From: an uncultured Collinsella sp. | GTDB taxonomy: Bacteria > Actinomycetota > Coriobacteriia > Coriobacteriales > Coriobacteriaceae | Length of the DNA stretch: 64,000 nt | Assembly (NCBI GenBank): GCA_902492935.1 | Contig: CABUNJ010000004.1 | Coordinates: 38,589 to 102,588, forward strand | Direction of reading: 5' to 3' | Part shown: positions 31,175 through 39,482 of the stretch, in pieces | How the letters are laid out: every line of letters begins with the position of its first letter | Numbering within the stretch: the stretch's first letter is position 1 | The notes under the pieces: model-generated | Told to the model about the DNA's origin: nothing | What the model saw: only the letters and a program-made list of their open reading frames with translations | Database searches by the model: none | Position numbers and translations under genes: made by a program

Positions 31175-33124
31175 ATGGAGTCCTCTGCCTACCCGATGCT
31201 CTTTAGCCCGATCAAGGTCGGTACAACCGAGGTCAAGAACCGCGTCTTTATGCCGCCGGTGTCCACGAACCTGGCCGATCATGGCTATGTGACCGACGAC
31301 TTGGTCGATCATTACCGTGCCCGTGCCAAGGGCGGCGTTGGCCTCATCATTACCGAGGTCGTGACGGTCGAGCCCACCTATACCTATCTGCCGGGTGACA
31401 TGTGCTGCTACGACGACACGTTTATCCCTGGCTGGGAAAAGCTCGCCGCGGCCGTCCACGAGTACGGCTGCAAGATCATGCCGCAGCTCTTCCACCCCGC
31501 CTACATGGCCTTTAACATTCCGGGCACGCCGCGCCTGATCGCTCCGTCCTTTGTGGGCCCGTCCTATGCCCGCGAGGCACCGCGCCCCATTACGGTCGAT
31601 GAGATTCACGAGCTCACGCATCAGTTTGGCGACGCCGCTGTGCGTATGCAAAAGGCTGGCGTCGACGGTGTCGAGGTCCATGCGGCGCACGCCCACGGCA
31701 TGCTCGGCGGTTTCTTGACCCCGCTCTATAACAAGCGTACCGATGAGTACGGCGGCTCGCTCGACGCCCGTATGCGCTTTTTGCTCGAGGTCATCGCCGA
31801 GATTCGCGAGCGCTGCGGCAAGGACTTTATCATCGACGTCCGTATCTCGGGCGACGAGTACACCGATGGCGGCCTGACCCTCAACGACATGATCTACGTC
31901 TCACGTCGCCTGGAGAAGGCCGGCGTCGACATGATTCATGTGTCGGGCGGCACCACCATCAAGCGCGGCTCCGCGATTCCCGCCGCCGGTACGCAGCAGG
32001 CCTCGCACGCCGCCTGCTCGCGCGAGATCAAGAAGCACGTCAACATTCCTGTCGCCACGGTCGGACGTATTAACGAGGCCTGGATCGCCGAGGAGCTGAT
32101 CGAGGACGGCGCCGCCGACATCTGCATGATGGGCCGCGCCAATCTGTGCGATGCCGAGTTCTGCAATAAGGCCGCTGCCGGCAACGCCGACGACATCCGC
32201 CCCTGCATCGGCTGCCTGCGCTGCCTGAACGGCATTATGTTTGGCAAGCGCATCTCCTGCACCGTCAACCCGGACGTGGAGCGCGACGAGGCCGGCTACG
32301 AGCCTGCCGCCGAGGCCAAGAACGTACTGGTTGTGGGTGCCGGTCCCGCGGGCATGGAGGCAGCCTACATTGCCGCCAAGCGCGGCCACAACGTGGTGCT
32401 CGTGGATAAGCAGGACGAGCCGGGCGGCGAGATGCGCATCGCAGCCGTTCCGCCGGCAAAGCAGGAACTCACCCGCGTGATCAAGTATCAGTATCGTCGC
32501 CTGGCCGAGGCCGGCGTGAAGTGCGTATTTGGCACCGAGCTTACTGCCGAGGACATTCAGCGTGACTACGCGGGCTACGAGGTTGTCCTGGCTTATGGCG
32601 CCGAGCCCATCGCTCCGGCCTTCATGCAGGGCTTTAAGCAGGTTATGACGGCTGACGACCTGCTGGGTGGCAAGGCTTTCCCGGGCAAGAAGATCGTCAT
32701 CGTGGGCGGCGGCACCGTTGGCTGCGAGACGGCCGACTACTTGGCCCCGCTGGTCAATGATCTGTCGCCGGCCAATCGCGATGTCACCGTTATCGAGATG
32801 ACCAAGACGCTCGCTGCCAACGAGGGCGGTGCCGGTCGCGCGGTGCTCATCACGCGCATGCTCTCCAAGGGCGTCCACGTGCTGACCGAGGCCAAGGTGA
32901 CCGAGATTACCGAGGACGCTATCAGCTATGAGAAGGACGGCGAGGTCCACACCATCACCGGTGCCGATACGTTGGTGCTCGCTATGGGCTACCGTCCCAA
33001 CACCAAGCTGGCCGACGACCTTGCTGCAGCCGGCGTTACCACCCACGTGTTGGGCGATGCCAACAAGTGCGGCAACATCCGCGACGCCATCGGCGACGGC
33101 TACAAGATTGCCTGCGAGCTCTAG
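31175..33124 (+). CDS. OYE-like FMN domain plus FAD/NAD(P) domain oxidoreductase (2,4-dienoyl-CoA reductase / enoate reductase / BaiCD-BaiH family)
   Basis: ORF 31016..33124. ATG 31175 follows GAAAGGAAG. About 649 aa. Fe-S motif CIGCLRC..C. VLVVGAGPAG and IVIVGGGTVG Rossmann motifs. Confidence 0.8.
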   Translation: MESSAYPMLFSPIKVGTTEVKNRVFMPPVSTNLADHGYVTDDLVDHYRARAKGGVGLIITEVVTVEPTYTYLPGDMCCYDDTFIPGWEKLAAAVHEYGCKIMPQLFHPAYMAFNIPGTPRLIAPSFVGPSYAREAPRPITVDEIHELTHQFGDAAVRMQKAGVDGVEVHAAHAHGMLGGFLTPLYNKRTDEYGGSLDARMRFLLEVIAEIRERCGKDFIIDVRISGDEYTDGGLTLNDMIYVSRRLEKAGVDMIHVSGGTTIKRGSAIPAAGTQQASHAACSREIKKHVNIPVATVGRINEAWIAEELIEDGAADICMMGRANLCDAEFCNKAAAGNADDIRPCIGCLRCLNGIMFGKRISCTVNPDVERDEAGYEPAAEAKNVLVVGAGPAGMEAAYIAAKRGHNVVLVDKQDEPGGEMRIAAVPPAKQELTRVIKYQYRRLAEAGVKCVFGTELTAEDIQRDYAGYEVVLAYGAEPIAPAFMQGFKQVMTADDLLGGKAFPGKKIVIVGGGTVGCETADYLAPLVNDLSPANRDVTVIEMTKTLAANEGGAGRAVLITRMLSKGVHVLTEAKVTEITEDAISYEKDGEVHTITGADTLVLAMGYRPNTKLADDLAAAGVTTHVLGDANKCGNIRDAIGDGYKIACEL

Positions 33125-33175
33125 TTAATCCCTCGGTGCATGGGGCCTGTCCCCGCGGCGTCAGTCGGTAGATAG

Positions 33176-33217
33176 CAAAAAGCGGCGGTCGTCCCGTACG
33201 TGGGACGACCGCCGCTT
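33176..33217 (-). terminator. intrinsic terminator (minus strand; hairpin also faces the plus-strand gene)
   Basis: AAGCGGCGGTCGTCCC / GGGACGACCGCCGCTT 16-bp stem. U-run on the minus strand. Confidence 0.75.
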
Positions 33218-33242
33218 GCGTTAGCTGCAATGAGTCGTGCGA

Positions 33243-33884
33243 TTAGAGGCCCAGGATCTCCTTGACCTTGGTGATGATGGCCTCGTCGGTTGCGTTGGCA
33301 AAGAAGTACTCCTGGAAGTGTTCGCCGGCAAGTGCGCCCTTCACCAGGTCCTGATCGATCTCGCCCAGAACGTCGACGAGCGGACGCATGGTCACAGCGC
33401 GCACGCCGTCGAGGATCTTCTTGTTGCGCTGCTCGGGCTCAACGCGCTCGGCGGGGTAGCCGTTGCCCGAACCAAAGCCAAAGAGCTTCTCGAAGGTGTA
33501 CTCAAGGTTGAGCTCCTGGCCCCAACCGTTCTTAAGAGCGAAGGGCATGGCGACGGCGTTGCCATCGTTGACCTGGGCAAAGGTGTAGGCATCGAGCGGG
33601 TCGGCAACGTGGCCGCACAGCACGCCGGGGAAGGAGTTGCAGGCGAGCATGGCGCCCTCGCCGGTACCGCAGCCGGTCACGACGTAGTCGGCAGCGCCGG
33701 AGTTGAGCAGCACGGCGGCAAGGATGCCGTTCTGCACGTAGGTGAGGGGCTTGGAGTCGGCGTCGGCATACATGCCATAGTTAAAGACGGTGTGGCCCAT
33801 GGGCTCGACAACCTTCTTAAGCGCAGCCTCGATCATAGGGTTCTTGGAGTTCTGAGAGTTCTCATTGATCAGAGCGATCTTCAT
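33243..33884 (-). CDS. RpiB/LacA/LacB-family sugar isomerase, DhuI-like (candidate 4-deoxy-L-threo-5-hexosulose-uronate isomerase)
   Basis: 213 aa. CGTGEG motif typical of the RpiB/LacAB fold. Immediately downstream of kduD. No cupin KduI found in the window. Confidence 0.6.
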   Translation of the reverse strand: MKIALINENSQNSKNPMIEAALKKVVEPMGHTVFNYGMYADADSKPLTYVQNGILAAVLLNSGAADYVVTGCGTGEGAMLACNSFPGVLCGHVADPLDAYTFAQVNDGNAVAMPFALKNGWGQELNLEYTFEKLFGFGSGNGYPAERVEPEQRNKKILDGVRAVTMRPLVDVLGEIDQDLVKGALAGEHFQEYFFANATDEAIITKVKEILGL

Positions 33885-33963
33885 GATAGATAACCTTCCA
33901 CTATTTTCTAAATTAATTGTTAGTTATGTTGCGTGGCATCTCCAACAGAGAGGCCGCTCTGCG

Positions 33964-34073
33964 GGCGGTGGACGATAAGGTCTGTCGCGAGTTCCGCACG
34001 AGCCGAAGAGCACTTAATGTGCTCTTCGTGCGAGTCAGGACTGTTCGAGCAGCAGACCTTATCGTCCGCCGCC
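33964..34073. other. 110-nt nested hairpin in the kduD / DhuI-like intergenic spacer
   Basis: 21-bp outer arms at 33964..33984 and 34053..34073 (1 G-U). Inner hairpin CGAAGAGCAC-TTAAT-GTGCTCTTCG. Confidence 0.6.
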
Positions 34074-34086
34074 TCGCCCAGACGTC

Positions 34087-34896
34087 TTACTGCGGCTGCT
34101 TGCCGATATAGGCCAAGATTCCGCCGTCGACATAGAGGATGTGGCCGTTGACGAAGTTCGACGCGTCGGAAGCCAAGAACACGGCGGGGCCCTTCAGATC
34201 CTCGGGCGTGCCCCAACGGGCGGCCGGCGTCTTGGCAATGATGAACTGGTCAAACGGGTGGCGGCTGCCGTCGGGCTGCGTCTCGCGCAGGGGTGCGGTT
34301 TGCGGCGTGGCGATGTAGCCGGGCCCAATGCCGTTGCACTGGATATTGGCCTCGCCAAACTCGGAGCAGATGTTCTTGGTGAGCATCTTGAGTCCGCCCT
34401 TGGCAGCGGCATAGCCGGCGATGGTCTCGCGGCCCAGTTCGCTCATCATCGAGCAGATGTTGATGATCTTGCCGTGGCCCTTAGCGATCATGCCGGGCAG
34501 GCAGGCCTTGGACACGATAAACGGTGCATTGAGGTCGATATCGACGACACGGCGGAAGTCCTCGGCGCTCATGTCGAGCATCGGGGTGCGCTGGATAACG
34601 CCGGCGTTGTTGACCAGGATGTCGGGCGTGGTGCCAAAGTCGGCCTCGATCTTGGCGATGAGCTCGGCGACGACGGCCTCGTCGGTGACGTCGGCAACAT
34701 AGCCGTGAGCCTCAAAGCCCAGCTCGCGGTAGTGCTTCTCGGCCTCGGCGACCTTGTCGGCATGACGGGCGTTAAAAGCAATCTTGGCGCCAGCCTCTCC
34801 GAGCGCCTCGGCGATAGCCATGCCAATGCCATAGGTGGCGCCGGTTACCAGTGCGACCTTGCCGTCCAGACGGAAGCTGTCCATAAGATCAGACAT
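34087..34896 (-). CDS. kduD: 2-dehydro-3-deoxy-D-gluconate 5-dehydrogenase-type SDR (KduD/DhuD)
   Basis: ORF 34087..34923. TGATYGIG, NNAG, YAAAKGG. ATG 34896 follows AAAGGA. Confidence 0.75.
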   Translation of the reverse strand: MSDLMDSFRLDGKVALVTGATYGIGMAIAEALGEAGAKIAFNARHADKVAEAEKHYRELGFEAHGYVADVTDEAVVAELIAKIEADFGTTPDILVNNAGVIQRTPMLDMSAEDFRRVVDIDLNAPFIVSKACLPGMIAKGHGKIINICSMMSELGRETIAGYAAAKGGLKMLTKNICSEFGEANIQCNGIGPGYIATPQTAPLRETQPDGSRHPFDQFIIAKTPAARWGTPEDLKGPAVFLASDASNFVNGHILYVDGGILAYIGKQPQ

Positions 34897-34999
34897 AGCG
34901 ATCCTTTCAAAAGAAACGTTCATCTATATAAGTCTTGCTTTTCATACAAGGTCAGTATAGATGAAGCGGCGTAATAGCCACCCCTTATTTCCTAAAATC

Positions 35000-35015
35000 A
35001 GGTGAACGTTCACTT
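35000..35015. promoter_or_regulatory. AGGTGAACGTTCACTT operator upstream of kduD
   Basis: 15/16 match to the palindrome, about 105 nt upstream of the kduD start. Confidence 0.55.
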
Positions 35016-35056
35016 TTAAAAGGCGAACGGCAGTCTTGTCCTTGCCGCACGGACGT

Positions 35057-35749
35057 TTATTCGCCCTGTTCCTGCGTGCCCTCTGCAATCATGTTGCGGT
35101 TATACACCAGGTGCAGATACATCGCGTCGTGCGCGGCGGTGGGATTGCGCGAGGCGATGGCGTCGGCCACATCGCGGTGCGTGCGGATAGTTTCCTCGAC
35201 GAGCTTTTTGCCAGTCACGTCGATAAAGAGGGGGACGGATGCCTTGAGCACGCCCATCAGGCGGGGAACGACGAGGTTTCCGGAGCTCTCGGCAATGGCA
35301 TTGTGGAACGCGGTGTCGGCAGCGGAGTAATCCTCACCGGCCTCGGCCAGGCGCTCAGATTCATCGCAGAGCTCTTTGATACAGACGACCTGGTCGTTGG
35401 TTGCGTGCTCGGCTGCCATGCGTGCCATCTGTGGCTCGATCATAAAGCGCACCTCGAGTAGGTCGTGCGCCAGACGCTGCTTGTCGTCGATAAAGGTAAA
35501 GCCCAGCGGGTCGTCGGCAACGCCGGGGTTTGACGCCACATAGGTGCCCGAACCCTGCTTAATGCGCACGATATTGCGCGACTGCAGCAACTTCATGGCC
35601 TCGCGAACGGTGCTCCTGCCGGCGCCCAAGCGCTCGACCAGCACGGTTTCCTTAGGCAGGCGATCGCCTTGCTCAAGGTGTTCATCCAGAATCAATTGAA
35701 TGATTTTCTCCGATATTTGCTCGGGGAGTCCCGATTCGGCGCGGGCCAT
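35057..35749 (-). CDS. GntR family (FadR/FCD subfamily) regulator
   Basis: ORF 35057..35806. wHTH (LPKETVLVERLGAGRSTVREAMKLL) plus an FCD-like C-terminus. ATG 35749 follows GAAAGG. Confidence 0.8.
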   Translation of the reverse strand: MARAESGLPEQISEKIIQLILDEHLEQGDRLPKETVLVERLGAGRSTVREAMKLLQSRNIVRIKQGSGTYVASNPGVADDPLGFTFIDDKQRLAHDLLEVRFMIEPQMARMAAEHATNDQVVCIKELCDESERLAEAGEDYSAADTAFHNAIAESSGNLVVPRLMGVLKASVPLFIDVTGKKLVEETIRTHRDVADAIASRNPTAAHDAMYLHLVYNRNMIAEGTQEQGE

Positions 35750-35844
35750 AGCTATACCTTTCATTACAAAATTCATCTGAGCTATTTTAGCGCACCACGG
35801 ATGCAATATTGGCCGCTGGATTTGAGTCGGGCAGCTTAGATATA

Positions 35845-35870
35845 CCGTTCGCAGCGCAAATACGACCGTT
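35845..35870 (+). promoter_or_regulatory. bipartite direct repeat CCGTT-N16-CCGTT (copy 4 of 4)
   Basis: CCGTT at 35845 and 35866. The second half is AATACGACCGTTTA. Confidence 0.45.
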
Positions 35871-35878
35871 TACCGAAT

Positions 35879-35971
35879 ACATCAGATGTATTTCGAGCAA
35901 ATTTCAAAATGAAACATCAGACCTTTCCAAAACACGTTATAGTCATCAGACGAATTCAAAAGGTCTGATGA
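35879..35971. promoter_or_regulatory. ATCAGA-type GntR operator candidates
   Basis: Palindrome ACATCAGATGT at 35879..35889, AACATCAGACC at 35913..35923, and the 9-bp inverted repeat TCATCAGAC-N11-GTCTGATGA at 35943..35971, which overlaps the RBS region of gntP. Confidence 0.5.
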
Positions 35972-35983
35972 ATTGGAGGAAAG

Positions 35984-37345
35984 ATGTCAGACCCAACGTT
36001 TATGGCTGATCCCACCAGGCTGGTCATCGCCGCCATCGTGGGCATCGCGCTGCTGCTTACGCTCATCATTAAGTTCAAGCTGCATCCCGTGCTTTCGATG
36101 ATGGTCTCGGCGCTCGCGATCGGCATCGGTGCCGGTATGCCGCTCGACCTGGTGGCGGATACTGTCACCAAGGGCGTGGGTACTACGCTGCAAAACATTG
36201 CCCTGCTCATTGGCCTGGGTTCGATGTTTGGTCAGATTCTTGAAGAGAGCGGCGGCGCCAAGAAAATTGCCCAAACCTTCATCGATACCTTTGGGCAGGG
36301 TCACTCTAGCTGGGCACTGGGCATTACTGGTCTGGTCATCGGCACCACGGTGTTCTTTGAGGCCGGCGTGGTCGTTTTGATCCCGCTTGCCTTTAGCGTG
36401 GCATCGCAGACCAAAAAGTCGACGCTCTACTACGGCATCGCGCTGCTCGCGGGACTTGCCGCTGGCTATGCGTTTGTGCCGCCATCGGCCGGGTCGGTTT
36501 TGGTCGCCGGCACGCTCGGTGTCGACCTGGGCACCATGATTCTCGTCGGTATCCCCACCGCCTTCATCGCCATGGCGATTGCCGGCGTCATCTGGGGCCG
36601 CAACGTGGGCGGTCGCATTTTTACCGATGTTCCGGAGCACTTTACCTCTGCCGAGGGTGCGAGCGTCGAAAAGGAGCTTCCCTCCTTTGGCATGGTGCTT
36701 GCCATCGTGCTCACGCCGCTTTGTCTGATTTTGCTGGGCACGTTGTCCTCTTATATCCCCATGCCCGCCGAGCTCGCCTCGATTCTCGCCTTCCTGGGCA
36801 AGCCGTTCGTCGCTTTGACGCTCGCCACGCTCGTCGCGATGTATCTGCTGGGCGCGCGCCGCGGCTACTCCGGCGCCGAGCTCAAGGCCCTGCTCGACCG
36901 TTCTCTTAAGCCCGTCGGCATGATCTTGCTGGTTATCGCCTGTGGCGGCGTCATTCGCTGGATGCTGCAAGACTGCGGCTTGGGCCAGGTTATCGGCCCT
37001 ATGCTCGAGGCCTCACCGCTGCCTTTGGTGGTCGTTGCCTTTTTGATTGCCGTCATGGTGCGCGCCTCTGTCGGCAGCTCCATCGTCGCTATGACCATGG
37101 CATCGGGCATTATGGCTGCCATGCCCGCGGTCGCTGGTGCTTCGGTGCTCATGCGTGCCGCTGTCTGTCTTGCTATCTGCGGCGGTGCCACGGCCCTCTC
37201 GCACGTCAACGATGCCGGTTTTTGGATGTGCTCCTCGTTTCTGGAGATTGACGAGAAGACCACCCTCAAGTCCTGGACCGTTATGGAGACGCTTATCGGC
37301 CTTTCGGGTCTTGCCTGCGCCCTGGTGATTTCGTTCTTTGCCTAG
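35984..37345 (+). CDS. GntP family sugar-acid permease
   Basis: 453 aa. Polytopic GntP-type sequence (LLLTLIIKFKLHP...). Confidence 0.85.
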   Translation: MSDPTFMADPTRLVIAAIVGIALLLTLIIKFKLHPVLSMMVSALAIGIGAGMPLDLVADTVTKGVGTTLQNIALLIGLGSMFGQILEESGGAKKIAQTFIDTFGQGHSSWALGITGLVIGTTVFFEAGVVVLIPLAFSVASQTKKSTLYYGIALLAGLAAGYAFVPPSAGSVLVAGTLGVDLGTMILVGIPTAFIAMAIAGVIWGRNVGGRIFTDVPEHFTSAEGASVEKELPSFGMVLAIVLTPLCLILLGTLSSYIPMPAELASILAFLGKPFVALTLATLVAMYLLGARRGYSGAELKALLDRSLKPVGMILLVIACGGVIRWMLQDCGLGQVIGPMLEASPLPLVVVAFLIAVMVRASVGSSIVAMTMASGIMAAMPAVAGASVLMRAAVCLAICGGATALSHVNDAGFWMCSSFLEIDEKTTLKSWTVMETLIGLSGLACALVISFFA

Positions 37346-37453
37346 TTCGTGTAGCTAAACATCTTTCGCCGAGTGCATCGCTCGGTACCCATTTACACCT
37401 GATTCATTAACCAACGATTGGTACAACCGTTCAAACCAAAAGAGGAGAGCATC

Positions 37454-39232
37454 ATGGACGAGAAAACCAAAGCACAGATTCAGCAGGAGGCCGCCGACCT
37501 GGTTGCCAAGCTGCAGCCGCGTTCTGGCAAGTTCCGCACCATCAGCCCCGAGATGGACCCGCTGCGCCTGGGCTCTGGCTGGAGCATCGAAGACCTGGAC
37601 AAGCCGCAGGTCATCATCGAGTCGACCTTTGGCGATTCGCACCCGGGTTCTGCCGGCCTGTTCGAGCTGGTCGAGGAGGTGCGCGCTGGCGTTGCCGAGG
37701 CTGGTGGCCACGGTGCCCGTTACTTCTGCACCGACATTTGCGACGGTGAGGCCCAGGGCCACGACGGCATCAACTACTCGCTGCCCAGCCGCGACATGAT
37801 CGCCAACATGATCGAGATCCACGCCAAGGCCACCCCGTTCGATGCCGGTGTCTTCGTTGCCAGCTGCGATAAGGGCCTGCCCGCGAACCTCATGGCCATG
37901 GGCCGCATCAACATCCCCTCCATCGTCGTCACCGGCGGCGTCATGGATGCCGGCCCCGACCTGCTGACCCTGGAGCAGCTCGGCGCCATCTCGGCCCGCT
38001 ATGAGCGCGGCGAGATCTCCCGCGAGGAGCTCGAGTTCGCCAAGCATAACGCCTGCCCCAGCTGCGGCGCCTGCTCCTTTATGGGCACCGCCTCGACCAT
38101 GCAGGTCACGGCTGAGGCCCTGGGCCTTATGCTTCCCGGTACCGCCCTGCTGCCCGCTACCAGCTCCGACCTGCGCGAGTTTGCCCGCGAGGCCGGCCGC
38201 CAGTCCGTGTGGCTCTCCGAGCACAACCTGTGCCCCCGCGACATCGTGACCAAGGAGTCCTTCGAGAACCTCATCATGGTCCACGGCGCCATTTCGGGCT
38301 CCACCAACTCGCTGCTGCACATTCCCGCGATCGCCCGCGAGTTTGGCATCGAGATGTCCGCCGACGACTTCGATCGTCTGCACCGTGGTGCCCACTACCT
38401 GCTCAACGTTCGTCCCGCAGGTGAGTGGCCGGCGCAGTTCTTCTACTATGCGGGCGGCGTGCCGCGCATCATGGAGGAGATCAAGTCGATGCTCCACCTC
38501 GATGTCATGACCGTCACCGGCAAGACCCTCGGCGAAAACCTCGAGGACCTTAAGAACAACGGCTACTACGAGAAGTGCGGTCGTTACCTTGAGAAATGGA
38601 ATCTCAAGCGCGAGGACATCATCCGTCCGTTTGACCAGGCTTTTGGTACCGATGGCTCCATCGCCATCCTCCACGGCAACCTTGCCCCCGAGGGCGCCGT
38701 CGTCAAGCACACGGTTGTTCCGCGCGAGATGTTCCAGGCCACGCTTAAGGCACGTCCGTTCGATTGCGAGGAGGACGCTATCCACGCCGTCCTGACGCAC
38801 GAGGTCAAGCCCGGCGATGCCGTTATCATTCGCTATGAGGGCCCCAAGGGTTCCGGTATGCCCGAGATGTTCTACACCACCGAGGCTATCGCCAGCGATC
38901 CCGAGCTGGGTGCGAGCATTGCCCTTATCACCGATGGCCGCTTCTCCGGCGCTTCCAAGGGCCCGGCTATCGGTCACGTTTCGCCCGAGGCTGCCGTGGG
39001 CGGTCCGATTGCCCTGATCGAGGAGGGCGACCTTATCCAGATCAACATCCCCGAGCGCTCGCTGTCCATCGTGGGCATCGCCGGTAAGGAGATGGAGCCG
39101 GCCGAGGTCGACGCCGTCCTGGCCGAGCGCCGAGCCGCTTGGAAGCCCAAGGCTAATCGCTATACCTCCGGCACGCTCAAGTTCTTTACCGAGCATGCAG
39201 TTTCCGCCATTCAGGGTGGCTACATGGAGTAG
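37454..39232 (+). CDS. IlvD/Edd family sugar-acid dehydratase
   Basis: ORF 37418..39232. ATG 37454 follows AAGAGGAGAG. CDGEAQG, SCDKGLP, ITDGRFSGAS motifs. Confidence 0.8.
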   Translation: MDEKTKAQIQQEAADLVAKLQPRSGKFRTISPEMDPLRLGSGWSIEDLDKPQVIIESTFGDSHPGSAGLFELVEEVRAGVAEAGGHGARYFCTDICDGEAQGHDGINYSLPSRDMIANMIEIHAKATPFDAGVFVASCDKGLPANLMAMGRINIPSIVVTGGVMDAGPDLLTLEQLGAISARYERGEISREELEFAKHNACPSCGACSFMGTASTMQVTAEALGLMLPGTALLPATSSDLREFAREAGRQSVWLSEHNLCPRDIVTKESFENLIMVHGAISGSTNSLLHIPAIAREFGIEMSADDFDRLHRGAHYLLNVRPAGEWPAQFFYYAGGVPRIMEEIKSMLHLDVMTVTGKTLGENLEDLKNNGYYEKCGRYLEKWNLKREDIIRPFDQAFGTDGSIAILHGNLAPEGAVVKHTVVPREMFQATLKARPFDCEEDAIHAVLTHEVKPGDAVIIRYEGPKGSGMPEMFYTTEAIASDPELGASIALITDGRFSGASKGPAIGHVSPEAAVGGPIALIEEGDLIQINIPERSLSIVGIAGKEMEPAEVDAVLAERRAAWKPKANRYTSGTLKFFTEHAVSAIQGGYME

Positions 39233-39281
39233 CGCCCGTGCGCATCAAATATCTCCTCTCATAGATGCGCGGCACAAAGAG

Positions 39282-39312
39282 CCTCGAGTTCATACGAGCT
39301 CGGGGTTCTTTT
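39282..39312 (+). terminator. intrinsic terminator
   Basis: CCTCGAGTTC-ATAC-GAGCTCGGGG stem (with G-U pairs) followed by TTCTTTT. Confidence 0.6.
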
Positions 39313-39482
39313 CGTCTGGATTGCAGACGTATCGTCGGACGAAAGCACGTTGCGTCTAGCGAAAAAACGTACGAAAGCGCAATTTCCATCCTTATTCCGG
39401 ACGCAAATCAAGACGTAAACCGTTTGCGTCTGCTATAAATCCGCACGAAAACGGTTTTCGTCTTGCAGGGCAGTTGCCGTTT

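Noticed and set aside
35026-35052. Possible fifth, reverse-oriented copy of the bipartite motif upstream of kduD (GCGAACGGCAG...GCACGGACG)
   Set aside because: The spacing is 22 rather than 21 bp, the CGACCGTT box is only partly matched, and the site overlaps the 3' end of the GntR gene. It is too weak to count.
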